A stretch of 64,000 nt of DNA from NCBI RefSeq assembly GCF_000143415.4, contig NW_003314330.1:186001-250000 (forward strand), in the 5' to 3' direction. Below, piece after piece: positions 24,944-38,097 of this stretch. The translations under genes were made by a program, and so were the position numbers. The notes under the pieces were generated by a model, which was given only the letters and a program-made list of their open reading frames with translations, had not been told where the DNA came from and ran no database searches. Each line of letters begins with the position of its first letter. The stretch's first letter is position 1. This stretch comes from Selaginella moellendorffii. Its lineage: Eukaryota > Plantae > Lycopodiophyta.

Positions 24944-26413
24944 ATGCCCGCTTTGTCTTGCAATTTTAACTCTCCCCATAATTCGATCATGCTCTCCAGA
25001 TCTCCAGCACCGGTTTCGGGCGATTCTAATCGAAGCAGGAACAAGATGAGAAGCAGCATTGTCGCCGCCGCTCCTGCCGCCGAAGACAGCATCACAAAAG
25101 CGGCTCCGTTGACCAAGCTCGACCTCGTCGACTACCTCGCCTCTGGTTGCAAGCCCAAATCACGCTGGAGAATCGGCACCGAGCACGAGAAATTTGGATT
25201 CAATAAGAGCACGCTCAAGCCACTTGACTACCCCCAAATCTCTCAGCTATTCGAAGCACTCTGTGAAAGATTTAACTGGCAAAAAGAAATGGAAGGTGAC
25301 AAGGTCACAGGTCTTAAGAAGGATGGACAGAGTATTTCCTTGGAACCTGGTGGTCAGCTGGAACTCAGTGGTGCTCCCCTCGAAACTCTCCACGCGACTT
25401 GTGCCGAGCTCAACTCTCACCTCTACGAGGTGAAGGCCGTGAGTGAAGAAATGGGCGTGGGATTCTTTGGGATGGGCTTCCATCCAAAGTGGCCAGTTGA
25501 AGTATTCGACATGATGCCAAAGGGGAGGTTTCAGATCATGAGGAACTACTTGCCCAAAGTTGGGAAGTTTGGCCTTGACACCATGTTCCGGACGTGCACG
25601 GTCCAGGTAAATCTCGACTTTTCATCCGAGGAGGACATGGTGAAAAAGTTTAGAGTTAGCCTGGCCTTGCAACCGGTTGTCACGGCGATCTTTGCAAACT
25701 CGCCATTCACAGAGGGCGCACCGAATGGCTACTTAAGTTACCGGAGTTTGACGTACACGGACATGGACGGGGACAGGACCGGTGATCTTCCATTCGTTTT
25801 CGAAGACGGGTTTTCTTTCGAGAGGTACGTTGACTACGCTCTTGAAGTGCCCATGGTGTTCGTCTACAGGGACGGAAAGCACGTAGATTGTACTGGCCGA
25901 TCTTTCAAAGACTTTCTCCTTGGGAGGCTACCAGAGCTTCCGGGAGAACTCCCAACGCTCAGCGACTGGGAGAATCACATCAACACCATCTATCCCGAGG
26001 TCCGGCTCAAGAAATACTTGGAGATGAGAGGGGCCGACGAGGGGCCGTGGAAGAGGCTGTGTGCTTTGCCGGCTTTGTGGGTGGGACTCTTATACGACGA
26101 AGAAGCTCTGGAGAGTGCTTATCAGTTGATCAAGGATTGGAGTCGGGCCGAGCGAGCGATGCTGAGGCGCGAAGCTCCAAAGCTGGGATTGAAGACACGG
26201 TTTAGGAACGGGACTTTGAAGGACGTAGCACAAGAAGTGTTGAAGCTGGCAAAGGAGGGACTGGAGAGAAGGGGTTACAATGAGGTGAAGTTTCTGGAAG
26301 GTGTTGCTGAGATTGTGGAAACGGGAGTGACTCCAGCGGAGAGGTTGCTAGAGTTGTACAATGGTAAGTGGGACAAATGTGTGGATCCAATGTTCCACGT
26401 GCTAGAGTATTAA
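24944..26413 (+). CDS. GSH1: glutamate-cysteine ligase (plant GSH1/GCL-like), intronless, with a putative plastid transit peptide
   Basis: [71 protein letters not shown]; intact 489-aa ORF; Ser/Arg-rich N-terminus. Confidence 0.95.
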   Translation: MPALSCNFNSPHNSIMLSRSPAPVSGDSNRSRNKMRSSIVAAAPAAEDSITKAAPLTKLDLVDYLASGCKPKSRWRIGTEHEKFGFNKSTLKPLDYPQISQLFEALCERFNWQKEMEGDKVTGLKKDGQSISLEPGGQLELSGAPLETLHATCAELNSHLYEVKAVSEEMGVGFFGMGFHPKWPVEVFDMMPKGRFQIMRNYLPKVGKFGLDTMFRTCTVQVNLDFSSEEDMVKKFRVSLALQPVVTAIFANSPFTEGAPNGYLSYRSLTYTDMDGDRTGDLPFVFEDGFSFERYVDYALEVPMVFVYRDGKHVDCTGRSFKDFLLGRLPELPGELPTLSDWENHINTIYPEVRLKKYLEMRGADEGPWKRLCALPALWVGLLYDEEALESAYQLIKDWSRAERAMLRREAPKLGLKTRFRNGTLKDVAQEVLKLAKEGLERRGYNEVKFLEGVAEIVETGVTPAERLLELYNGKWDKCVDPMFHVLEY

Positions 26414-26478
26414 ACAAAGCTTACAAAGCCATAGCTCTTTCCTCGTCTTGTAAAGTTTGAGAGATTCCACAAACTGGA

Positions 26479-28509
26479 ATGGGCGATGGAGCTTTGGGCT
26501 TTAAAGAATGTGTTGAAATGCTCAAGTCCTCCCAGTCACCCACGGACGCAAAGAGCGCCCACGCCCGGGCCTTGGACGCCGTACAGTATATGCCCGAATC
26601 GGGCACATATCTCTCGAACCTGGTCATCCAAATGTACGGCCGGTGCGGCAGCGTCCAAAATGCCCGCTGCGCCTTCGATTCCATGCCCGTTAAGAACGCC
26701 TTCTCGTGGAACCTCATGCTCGACGCGTGCATCAAGAACGGGTATCTCGAAGATGCGAGGAGAATCTTCGACGCCATGCCGGAGCGCGACATTGTCTCGT
26801 GGAACGCGATGCTCGCCGCATTTTCCTTGAGAGGGCAGCTTGGAGAAGCGAAGCTTTTGTTTGAAATCATGCCAGAGAAGGATATAGTTTCATGGAACTC
26901 GATTCTTGCGGCATTGGCAAAGTCTGTGCAGTTGAGGGCTGCTAGAGAATTGTTTGTTTCAATGCCCTTCTGGGATATCGTCTCTTGCAACACATTGCTA
27001 GGAATGTATGCCCAGAATGGACATCTTGTGGAAGCAAAGACTCTTTTTCACCAGATGAGGTATCCAGACATGGTGTCCTACAACACTATGCTCTTAGCAT
27101 ACTCTGAGAGCCGGAGCTACTTTGAGCTTCAGAGTTTGTTCTTACAAATGCCATCTTGGAACCAGGTCTCGTATAACACAATGCTGTCGGCGTATGCGCA
27201 GAGCGAGAATCCTGAAGAATCGAAGTGGATTTTTGATTCCATGCCAGAGAGAAATTTAGTGTCGTGGAATGCCATGCTCGCTTCATATGCCCAAAACGGG
27301 CATCTTGAGTGCGCCAGGTCTTTGTTTGATTCCATGCCACAGCGGAATCTTATGTCGTGGAATGGACTGCTAGCAGCATATACTTCGAGCGAATGTTCGC
27401 AGGCAGCTAGCTGCACTTTTAATTCCATGCCAGAACACAATATAAGCTCGTGGAATGCTTTACTCACTTCATGTAAGCTTGAGGAATGCACAATGGTTTT
27501 TGAAACTATGCAGGAAAGAGACTTAACGTCTTGTAATATAGCTATTTCAGCATATGCCCGAAATGGGCATATCTCAGAAGCTAGAACCTTGTTTAACAGC
27601 CTGCCAACATGGAATATGATATCTTGTACTACACTAATAGCAGCATATTCGAAGTATGGAGACATCAAAGATGCCAAACAGCTGTTTGATTGTATGCCAG
27701 AAAGAGATATAATAACATGGAATGCTATGCTGTCTGCATATTGCTTGGTAGGGCATCTTGAAGAAGCAAAGTGTTTGTTTGATCAAATGCCAGATAGAAA
27801 CCTCGTAACATGGAATGCCATGTTGGCTGCTTTCGCTCAGCATGGACATTTTGAGGAAGCAAGACCTCTTTTTTGTGGCTTTGTTACCTCTAATGGCTTG
27901 CTAACAGCATATGCTTTGTCTGGACATATAGTGCAAGCAGAACACATATTCTACAGTTTACCTGAAAAGAATTGTGTGTCTTGGACCGCAATGCTTACAG
28001 CATATGCCAAGAATGGGCAACCTGCAAAGGCCAGGAAACTCTTTCTTTATATACCTGTGAAAAGCCTTACTACTTGGAATGCATTCCTTTCTCTAAGTGC
28101 CCACAATGGGCAAAGCTATCTTGTATTAAGACTGTTTAGAAAGATGACCATGGACGGATTTAAGGCTGACAAAAATACAATCACAACTCTACTTCAAGTT
28201 TGTAGCAATACAGGTACTGTGAAATCTGGTATTAAATGTTTTCAGTCATCAATCTTAGACTATGGCCATGATCAACCCACACAACAACATTTTGGTTGCA
28301 TTGTACATCTGTTTGGGAGATCTGGATACCTTAATGAAGCATATGAGCTGATTGAAAGTATGCCTTACATCCCTGATAAACAAGAGTGGACAAGCTTTTT
28401 GGATGCTTGTAAACACCAAAAAAACATGAGGGCTGGCATTACTGCTGCCAAACACTTCAAAACGAAGTGCCTGGATTCCACATATGTTCTTCTTACAGGA
28501 GCTATTTAG
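26479..28509 (+). CDS. PLS-class pentatricopeptide repeat protein (E-like C-terminus, no DYW domain)
   Basis: Intact 676-aa ORF with many repeats of the form MPERDIVSWNAML.AY.QNG; HFGCIVHLFGRSG and MPYIPD..W.SFL.AC near the C-terminus. Confidence 0.92.
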   Translation: MGDGALGFKECVEMLKSSQSPTDAKSAHARALDAVQYMPESGTYLSNLVIQMYGRCGSVQNARCAFDSMPVKNAFSWNLMLDACIKNGYLEDARRIFDAMPERDIVSWNAMLAAFSLRGQLGEAKLLFEIMPEKDIVSWNSILAALAKSVQLRAARELFVSMPFWDIVSCNTLLGMYAQNGHLVEAKTLFHQMRYPDMVSYNTMLLAYSESRSYFELQSLFLQMPSWNQVSYNTMLSAYAQSENPEESKWIFDSMPERNLVSWNAMLASYAQNGHLECARSLFDSMPQRNLMSWNGLLAAYTSSECSQAASCTFNSMPEHNISSWNALLTSCKLEECTMVFETMQERDLTSCNIAISAYARNGHISEARTLFNSLPTWNMISCTTLIAAYSKYGDIKDAKQLFDCMPERDIITWNAMLSAYCLVGHLEEAKCLFDQMPDRNLVTWNAMLAAFAQHGHFEEARPLFCGFVTSNGLLTAYALSGHIVQAEHIFYSLPEKNCVSWTAMLTAYAKNGQPAKARKLFLYIPVKSLTTWNAFLSLSAHNGQSYLVLRLFRKMTMDGFKADKNTITTLLQVCSNTGTVKSGIKCFQSSILDYGHDQPTQQHFGCIVHLFGRSGYLNEAYELIESMPYIPDKQEWTSFLDACKHQKNMRAGITAAKHFKTKCLDSTYVLLTGAI

Positions 28510-29639
28510 CACAGTACATAATCAATTTAGAATCTTTAATATAATCTTAGTCTTACTCAGATCAAGGTCCTTAAGCAATAGTATTTATAGGAGGTGGTCT
28601 GAAAAGAACAAATAATTTTTTGTGCACTGCATTGCACCAACCTTCGTATATAATAAGAAGCCAGATTTAAAGACATTGATAACACAATAAATTAATGGAG
28701 TGAATATTTGGTTTCTACTCAAGAAACAAGTGAAAGGTATTAATGAGTAGCACCTCCCTTTTATGAACTTTACCTAATAAATAACTTAATTACTTCTTAT
28801 ACTACTCTTTGCACTCAAACCATTTGGTACTTACATCCTCAGTAAAAGAACCTAGGAATATCTATGTAAGTTGGAATTCTTCCACTACACATATTCAAAC
28901 ATTTTCTTGTCTTGGCCAGAAGTCACAAAAAATGTGGCAAGAGCACTTCACATAATCAATTTCAAGCTTTTGGATTGCCTACAACATCACAATAACCTTT
29001 TTTGCCTCCAACACCATCTGCAACAAGAGCCCCACCATAAAAATGAAGGGAAATTTTACTATGACTATTAGGAGATTTTTAGAGATGATATGTCAGAAAG
29101 ACATTAGATGCCAATACCCTCCAAAAAGAAAGAGAATTCCACCTTGGCATAGTGATGACAGTGATCCTCATTTGAAGAGGAGCTCATAACTGTAAACTCA
29201 ATGAATTAGTTTTTATTTTATTGTCCATCTCTTTATATTTATTGAGGAGTGTATTAATTATTATTAGCTATAGTAAGAATCAAACCCCAAACCTTTACTC
29301 ATAGGATTTGGACCTAACATAAATGAGTATCTAAGATTAATATAGATTAGTTTTCTAGATTAGTTGAGGGTTAGACTAGATGAGCCCACATAAAAGTAAA
29401 GTTTTGAGGATTTTATATTTAAAGTGTTCAAAATAAATTTATCTTTTCTTCTCTATTGTTTAGTATTTTAATAATTTTGTCATCTTCCCTTCTCTTAATG
29501 ATGAGTTTTTGATAGTTTAAACACTTTGATATTCCTAGATCCTCTTCTTCAGGTCAAATGAGATCTTAATACTCTAAAGTTATATGAAGCATTAAAGCAA
29601 TCTAATATAATACTTCACTCGCAACTCAATAAATTATTC

Positions 29640-30070
29640 AGCAATAATGGATATGTAGTTTGAGTTTTGTGGCTTCCTCAACCAAGTTAGGCTTTGAATT
29701 ATTATATAGCCTAACAAATATTCCATTTCGACTTCTTGTGTTGGCCTGATTAGATCTTTTCTTACTAAGACACATTCTCCACCCTTTTAAAAGAGTGATC
29801 ATATCCTTCAAGATTTGATCTATCAGTTCAGCACTTCACTAGCATGTTTAGTGATACAAATTGAGGGTTGATACTACATGATAAATGATATTGCATTAGA
29901 GTTTTAGAAAGTTACTATTGATATTTCATGGGATGATGCAGCTTTTAAGAAACATTTCTACCTTGGTCTTCATGATAATATTAAAGATTTCATGCTTTCT
30001 CATCCAAATCCAACATGGCTCATAATTGCCATTATTCTTGTTGTTTGGTATGATAATAAACTACAAGAAT
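29640..30070 (+). mobile_element. degenerate Ty3/gypsy gag fragment
   Basis: SWDDAAFKKHFYLGLHDNIKD-like reading at ~29927-29990; boundaries uncertain. Confidence 0.45.
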
Positions 30071-32413
30071 AACTATTGAATCATCGTCATAAAATATTTA
30101 TTCCTTGTTGAACAATCCTAGTCTTGGAGCAACTAACACATTATAAAAGATTAAATTTTCTATTCTATTTTAGTCACTTAACCATGTTTTTGACCACTTG
30201 GAGGAATTTCATTCACAACAACCTTTGTAGATTCTCATCTCGACTTGGGGTATTTATTAGCTTATAAATATGTGTTTTTACAACTTGTAAGTCATAAATT
30301 TTTCCTTTCCAATTTACCAGCATACCTCATGTATCTAACCATCTCTACCTTGATCTTAATTAAGTTCCTGTACTAAGGTCCCACCTATTGTACTAGCTCT
30401 TATTTGGTCACACTTAGATTCAACTACTTATTGCATGAGTAATAAGATGTTAGTTATCCATCCACAAATTCTTAAATTCTCTTTTAATCCCCCTCTTTGG
30501 ATTAGATTGGATTTAAGGTTTAGCTACACTCCCCGTACGTACAAACAACTAAGCACACCAAACATTTAAGTTCCTAAATTCCCTATGTATAACAAAACTT
30601 GATTATAAGACCCTTTAAATCCTAAACTTTGAGCGCATTTCTTGTTTTGGGACTCTAGGGGGAAACACTATGGTTTAATGGCCCAATATAGGTACCAGCC
30701 CTTAGGAAGGAGTGAAGACTAATGAGCTATATAGTATTCAAATGGGGCATCACTCTATATGAGCCAGGAACACTACAATCAATTTCCTTTCTAGGAGTGA
30801 GAGTTACTTTTGAGAATTTCTTTGGGTGGCCTTTTCAACACTACTTAAATCCGTATTCATTCCCACTCAATGCTACTAACCCCCAATTAGAACCTCAACT
30901 CAGTTTGGAAGCACTACTAGAGAGTTCTTTCAAAACTAGGTTCTAGATCTCACTATCCCTATTATATTTTTAAAGCCCCCTCCATTAAATCTCAAGTGTT
31001 TTCCAAGTTTTCCTCTGGTTCCTATGTTGCTTGGTAGGGTGGAAATTCTTTCCACTTTACATAGAACTTTATCACTTTGTGTCTTTGTCGCTAGTTTTTA
31101 CATGCATTAAGGATGGCCTCGACTTTGTATTCTTGCTCCCTTTGGATAACCTTAGGTAAAAATTTCATTTGGTCCTTACGAAATGGGTCCTCAAAGTATG
31201 ACTTGAGTAAAATCACATGGAACATATAGCACATTTTCCCTATCTCCCAGGAAAGTCAGAGATGGTAAGCCATCTTACCAATTTGAGCCTCAATTTCATA
31301 AGGCTTTGCGAATCTACTTGCTTAAGGAACCCAAAATCAATTCTAGGAATACATGCATTTACCTTTGGGCCAACTTTTGGTTGATCCCATTTGGTAACAT
31401 TAGGTTCTTAGTGTGCAATTACGCCTTCTCTCCAAATTAGAACTCTATGTTTCAGCACTTTTGGTTTGTATATTTGGTTTGTTTTTGTTGAGTCTGTTCC
31501 AAAGAATCCCTCACTAAATTTTAAATGTTGATTTTTTTTGCTGTGAATGCCTCAATTGTGAGTAACTTTTCATGATACTCAACCATGCCACATTCTACAG
31601 AACCTTCAATAACTTGCCCATTGATGATCTTCCCATATACTCACTTTGATACTCAAATGTGGTGAGTTATTATAACACATTTCCACAAGTCCTAAATGAC
31701 TTAATCAATCTGATTTTTAGAGACATAACATCACAAATAATCCTTCAGTTGCATATTCACCTTTTTCATTTGTCCATTTATCAAGAAATGTTATTACTAT
31801 AATACTTGACTCAATACTCAATACATATTTGTGAGTGATAAGCTATGTTGAATTTTAATTTGGTGCAATACTACTCTAGAAGAGTTTTCCAAAACCTGGT
31901 GAAAATTTTATCTCAATCTAAGATAATTTATTCCGGCCTTCCCTGCACTTGAACCACTTGTTTGAATAATAGCGTCACCACACCTGCATCCACTTCCATT
32001 GTAGTGGGTATAAAATGTGCTATTTTAGAAAACCTATCCACCACTACAAATATTGCATCAACCCCTCATTTAAGGGGAGTTTCGTGATGAAGTCCATTGT
32101 AAGACATTTTTATGGACGATTAAGAATTGGAAGGCTTTGCAACAAGACCCATTAGCTTTAGTTATGGCCTTTACTTGATGACATATTGGACATGTGTTTA
32201 TATAGTCTTGAATATCCTTAGCCATATCTAGCTAGTGATATTTTCTCTTAAGTAAGCCTATTGTTTTAGGCATTTCACTGTATCCTATAAAAGGTCTATT
32301 ATGACACTTTTTTAAAGTTACATTCCTTAGTTCCCCTTGTGAAACATACACCCTCATCTACTTATAATAAATGAGTCTATTGCATTCCACATAACTCATT
32401 TTTTCTTCCCTAA

Positions 32414-32575
32414 TATAGTGCATGTAATCATGGGATGAGATTTGTATACACTTTTACCATGGATCCTTGGAACCTTAGGGGATAAATGGGGATAAATAGC
32501 CACTAAGGGCTTTTTCATCAAGCAATTGCATATTTTTCAATTGGTTTAAGGGGAGAGAGATAAGGGTGTATTACA
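32414..32575 (+). repeat. decayed solo LTR of the adjacent TRIM family
   Basis: Aligns along its length with 32579-32740. Confidence 0.75.
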
Positions 32576-32578
32576 TGT

Positions 32579-33356
32579 TGTAGCGCATGTGATTATGGGA
32601 TGAGATTTGGATATACTGTCACCGTGGATCCTTGGAACTTTGGGGGATAAATGGGGATAAAATAGCCACTAAGGGCTCTCTCATAAAGCAATTGCTCCTT
32701 TTCCAGTTGGCTTAAGGGGAGAGAGATAAGGTGCACTATAGTTGGTATCGGAGCAAATGGCACGGGTTCGATTCCCATTGATTAGTGGCTACTTAAAAGT
32801 ATAATATACCCTTGAACAAGGTATATTCCTACCTCTAAATTTGAAATCGTACGTATTGGGCATCTATGCGTACGTCCTTCCTCTTGTGTGGAGTATCCAC
32901 GGACGAAGGTATCTATCGTGGGATTGCGGTACGGGTGGATGACTAGTTGCCTCATATGGAATAGCTAATCTACACAATGGAAAGATTGGTAGATTGAGTG
33001 TGGAAATGGAGGTGCTGGTTCCCCTTGGCTTAGTAGGGGTTGTTAGTCAATAGTCAATGAGAACATTGACATCTCTGAAAGGGGGGTGAATGTAGCGCAT
33101 GTGATCATGGGATGAGATTTGGATATACTGTCACCGGGGGGGGTTGTTAGTCAATAGTCAATGAGAACATTGACATCTCTGAAGGGGGGGTGAATGTAGC
33201 GCATGTGATCATGGGATGAGATTTGGATATACTGTCACCGTGGATCCTTGGAACCTTGGGGGATAAATAGAGATAAAATAGCCACTAAAGGCTTTTTCAT
33301 AAAGCAATTGCCCCTTTTCCAGTTGGCTTAAGAGGAGAGAGATAAGGTGCGTTACA
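32579..33356 (+). mobile_element. TRIM (non-autonomous miniature LTR retrotransposon)
   Basis: 162-bp LTRs (32579-32740, 33195-33356), PBS TGGTATCGGAGC at 32743, PPT AAGGGGGGG, TSD CATGT, no ORF; ~100-bp internal duplication of the PPT plus LTR start. Confidence 0.92.
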
Positions 33357-35814
33357 CATGTAATCTAGTGCATGTGGTTTTTACCCTTTATTCTATAGTG
33401 ATTTACCATAGAATAACCATGAAGTAGAACTTAAACCTTCCATATGCCATGTGTCACATCCCATGTGTCCAAAGGATAGTGGAGTGGAACCCAAGTTTTA
33501 AAGCCTTGGGCCACTAAATGAAAGAATGGAGTTAAATTCGTAAGCCTGGAGCCAAGGAGAAATGAAATCGCATCACGGAGCAACTCCCAAACATACAACC
33601 CAAGGAGCAAAAGGACAAGAGCATAGAGCAACTTGGAACAATTTTAGAGCATCCAACATTTTAATGCCAGGACCAGCACACAAAATGGAGCCAAATGGAG
33701 TCTAGTGCTATTTCAGCATACTGGTGGTTTAATGCAAGGATATGGGTACTACACCAACTAGCATAGAAATAAAACTTAGGCTTAGACCCAATTCAGATGC
33801 AAAACAAGGACAGATACGCAAGCAGGAGCTAGACTATGCCTCAGGTTGGTTAGGCATGCCTAACTTACCCACTATCCCTACTATATATTTGGAACCCCCC
33901 ACAGCTTAACTACCAAAGATTGTAGACAGTATGTTAAACAATTTAACAAAGATAACTCAAAGAACACAAAATATCATTGACAGATAAGTAAAATGCTTGT
34001 GAATGTATAACTTGAAGGAAATAACATTCAACTTATCAGAACCAATTATAACAATAATTAATAGAATAAAATGAATGTTGTAAGACTAATAAACATTCAT
34101 TCATGCCAATTGTTATATTAGCCAATCTAAATAGATTTTGGTTAATAATACAAAGGAACTCAAGTTGCTTAAGCAAGTGTCAGCAACATCCTATTGATGT
34201 CTTAAACTTAATAGACCAATTCAGAGCAAACTATAAAGAACATGTGGTATTGTGAAAAACCATAAGTTATCGAAGGGACCAACTAACTATTATGAAAGAT
34301 CATCAATAACTTTATTAATAAAAAGATGCATAATCATTATTAAAGAAACAATCTACCATCATGAAGAATGGCAAATCATTAAACACCAACAATAATCTAG
34401 TAAAATCTTTGACAAAAATAATCAATTATCCTAGATAATAGTCAATCATCACCAATAATTGCAAGATGTAAATATTAACTTTAACATAATGTAGTCCTCA
34501 ACAATTCCTAAGATATCTTAGTCATTATTTGACAGTAATTCTTCAACAATATTAGTTACAAATAACACATCATCAAGGAATGATTCACTATGTCCAAGAC
34601 TCAATGAAATCCAACACCATAGACTAAATATAACCAAATGATATTGAGAAAGGTAAAGTCAATATACCAATATAAAAACACCATGTAAGTTTAACGACAC
34701 AATCCTTTGCAACACCATATGGTAAAGCAAGGACAAGTGTCAAAAGTCTTTGACAAAGTCTACAAGCAACTATTAGTCAAAGCAATTAACAATCACTCTT
34801 CAACTTGCCTTCACAAGACTCAAACATTAAACTCATGTCATTGAGTCATATACTTGTCCAATATGAACATAATACCCTAAATATGAGATAAAGGTTCATT
34901 GATAAACATGAACTAAATGACCATTCAAATCCAACTCAATCGGAATAAGCTCATTAACATATTTAGCCAACAGCTTTGAGCATGCTATGAAACACAACCA
35001 AAGTGGAGCCGAAAGGGCACCACGTGGTAGTAGCCGAAGTGAAAGCTAAACAAGCATAACATGTTTGGACTAAAAGCTTCGACTTGAAAGGTCAAGAGCA
35101 AGAGTGGAACTCACAACGGAGTGCTCAAGGAATAAGTATGAAGTGAGCCATAAGTCTCTAGAAAAGGGACCTGAGATGGAGTCTGAGATGGACCCAAGAT
35201 GGAGTCCGGATGGAATCCAAGATGGACCCAAGATGGAGTTCGAGATGGAGTCCGAGATGGACCCAAGATGGAGTCCGAGATGGAGTTCGAGATGTAGTCC
35301 GAGATGGAATCCGAGATGGACCCGAGATGGAGTCCGAGATGGACTTGAGATGGAGTCCGAAATGGAATCCGAGATGGACCTGAGATGGACCTGAGATGGA
35401 GTCCAAGATGGACCCAAGATAGAGTCCGAAATGGAGCCCGAAATGGACCCGAGATGGAGTTTGAGATGGACCCGAGATGGAGTCTAAGATGGACCCGAGA
35501 TGGAGTCTAAGATGGACCCAAGATGGAGCTCAAGATGGATCCGAGATGGAGTCTAAGATGGAGTCTGAGATGGACCCGAGATAGATGTGAGACACAAAAT
35601 CCCTAGGCCCCAAAGTGGAGCCGGAAAGGGTGCCACGTGGTAGTGGCTGAAGCGAGAGCCAAACGAGCGTAACACGTTTGGACCAAAAGCTCCGACTTGA
35701 AAAGTCAAGAGCGGGAGTGGAACTCCCAACGAAGTGCTCGAGGAACGAGCACGAAGCGAGCAAAAAGCGAGGCTCCAAAAAGGGACCCAAAAGGACTAAC
35801 ACATGACACGTGGA

Positions 35815-36225
35815 AGTGTCCGAGATGGACTCGAGTTGGAGTCCGAAGTGGAGTCCGAGATGGACTCGAGTTGGAGTCCGAAGTGGAGTCCGAGATGGAC
35901 CCAAGTTGGAGTCCGAAGTGGAGTCCGAGATGGACCCGAGTTGGAGTCCGAAGTGGAGTCCGAGATGGAGTTCGAGATGGAGTCCGAGGTGGACCTGAGA
36001 TGGACCCGAAATGGAGTCTGAGATGGAGTCTGAGATGGAGTCCGAGGTGGACCCAAGATGGACCCGAGATGGAGTCCGAGATGGAGTCCGAGATGGACCC
36101 GAGATGGAGTCCGAGATGGACCCGAAATGGAGTCCGAGATGGACCCGAGATGGAGTCCGAGATGGACCCGAGATGGAGTCCGAGATGGAGTCCGAGATGG
36201 AGTCCGAAGTCGAGACCGAGACCGG

Positions 36226-36265
<40 letters not shown>

Positions 36266-36319
36266 AAGATCGGGACCGAGAACGAGACCGAGGCCGAGGC
36301 CGAGACCGAGCCCGAGCCC
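35815..36319. repeat. complex satellite of GAGATG/GAGTCC/GACCC units grading into (GAGACC)n
   Basis: Direct reading; equivalent decayed tracts at 35170-35580 and 37518-37720. Confidence 0.9.
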
Positions 36320-36505
36320 GAGTCCGAGTCCGAGTCCGAGTCCGAGTCCGAGTCCGAGTCCGAGTCCGAGTCCGAGTCCGAGTCCGAGTCCGAGTCCGAG
36401 TCCGAGTCCGAGTCCGAGTCCGAGTCCGAGTCCGAGTCCGAGTCCGAGTCCGAGTCCGAGTCCGAGTCCGAGTCCGAGTCCGAGTCCGAGTCCGAGTCCG
36501 AGTCC
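36320..36505. repeat. perfect hexamer array (GAGTCC)31
   Basis: 186 bp of uninterrupted GAGTCC. Confidence 0.97.
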
Positions 36506-38097
36506 GAGTTCGAGTCTGAGAGGGTGAAAGCCCAAAGCGTTCGTCTCCCAGACCCTGGGGGGTTTGGTGAGCTCCAAAAGTATAGTAGGGGGAGGACTGC
36601 AGTGGAGCCAGTTTGGCCAGGAAAGGCCAGTTTGGCCCAGGAAGGCCGGACCCAGTGTTGGGTGATGAGCTGCCCACTGGGAAGTCCAAGACTAGAGTGA
36701 ACATAGACCGACAAGCGGGGTAGCTTGGTGAAGTGTTCAAGAGTCGGCTCTAGTTCCCCCAGGAGATCGACTGGCCGATGCTCCCAGTCCAAGTGTGGGT
36801 GGCACTACCTACTTGGATACCTGGTGTGGCTCAACGGAACCCGCTCTAAGCCCATGGCTAGAGCACCCAAGGGCAGAAGGCGAGGAGAGTACCCAGGTGG
36901 CTCGCGTAAAGCCACGATGTTCCGAAATGTTGTCCCAAAGGCCCAGACTGTGGAAAGGAAGAGGAGCAGTCCTCTGGGGTAGTGACCAAGGACACAGTCG
37001 TGTGGTGAGGAAGTCCCAGAGGACCGTGGGACTTAGTGGTCGGGCCTGTGGGTCTCGATCTAGTGGCAATGTTGGCAAACACGGCCAGGGGCAGAAAGGG
37101 ACTCAGTGGGGACTGACAGAGGGATATTGGGGAAGGCTATTCCCCTTGTCGGTGGGCATCCTAAGGATGCTAAGGAGTGGATCTGAGATGACCACTCACG
37201 GATGGTTTGCCTAGTCTTGGAGAGCCAAGACGGTGATGCAAGTGGTATTGGACTACCAGTGTGGCAAAGGTGATTGGGCATGGCCTTAGCGTAACGGGCT
37301 GCTATGTCGGTGGTACCTTTGAGTGTCGGTCATAGGATCGGACATGTGGAGCACTTGGACCAAGTGCAAATGTTAAGTGGCATGGATGCCATTCTCGGGG
37401 CTAGCAAGTCCCAAGTCCTGGATTTGACTTATGGAGGTTGTGAATGAGATTCCTCCAAGTGGTCAGAGGTGTGGTTAAGTGACTAAAGTAGAATGGAAAA
37501 TTTAGTCGCTTACAATAGAGTCCGAGATGGAGTGCGAGATGGAGTGCGAGATGGACCCGAGATGGAGTCCGAAGTCGAGATTGAGACCGAGACCAGGATC
37601 GAGACCGAGACCGAGATCGAGACTGAGACCAGGACCGAGACTGAGGCTGAGGCCGAGGCCGAGACCGAGACCGAGCCCAAGTCCAAGTCCGAGTCCGAGT
37701 CCGAGTTCGAGTCCGAGTTCAAGTGTGAGAGGGTGAAAGCCCAAAGTGTTCGTCTCCCAGACCTTGGGGGGTTTGGTGAGCTCCAAAAGTATAGTAGGAG
37801 GAGGACTGCAGTGGAGCAAGTTTGGCCAGGAAATGCCAGTTTAACTTAGGAAGGTTGCACCCTGGCGTTGGGTGATGGGATAACCACTGGGAAGTCCAAA
37901 GTTAGAGTGAATATGGACTGACAAACGGGGTAGCTTGGTGAAGTGTTTAAGAGTTCCCCCAGGAGATTGAATGATCGATGCTCCCAGTCCAAATGTGGGT
38001 GGCACTACCTACTTGGATACTTGGCGTGGCTCAACGGAACCTCGCTCTAAGCCCATGGCTAGAGCACCCAAAGGTGGAAGGTGGGGAGAGTACTTAT

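Larger units (their letters stand above)
35586..37514. mobile_element. younger solo LTR (1929 bp) of the same family, inserted in the older copy's satellite
   Basis: TGTGAGACAC...GCTTACA; TSD ATAGA (35581-35585, 37515-37519). Confidence 0.85.

Noticed and set aside
32760-32790. tRNA gene
   Set aside because: Only a T-arm-like motif; no cloverleaf.
35170-36510. CRISPR-like array
   Set aside because: No unique spacers and no cas genes; eukaryotic context.
35070-37849. Long ORFs in all frames (poly-SD, LG, RT, SP, ES, RV)
   Set aside because: Artefacts of the stop-free GAG-based satellite inside solo LTRs.
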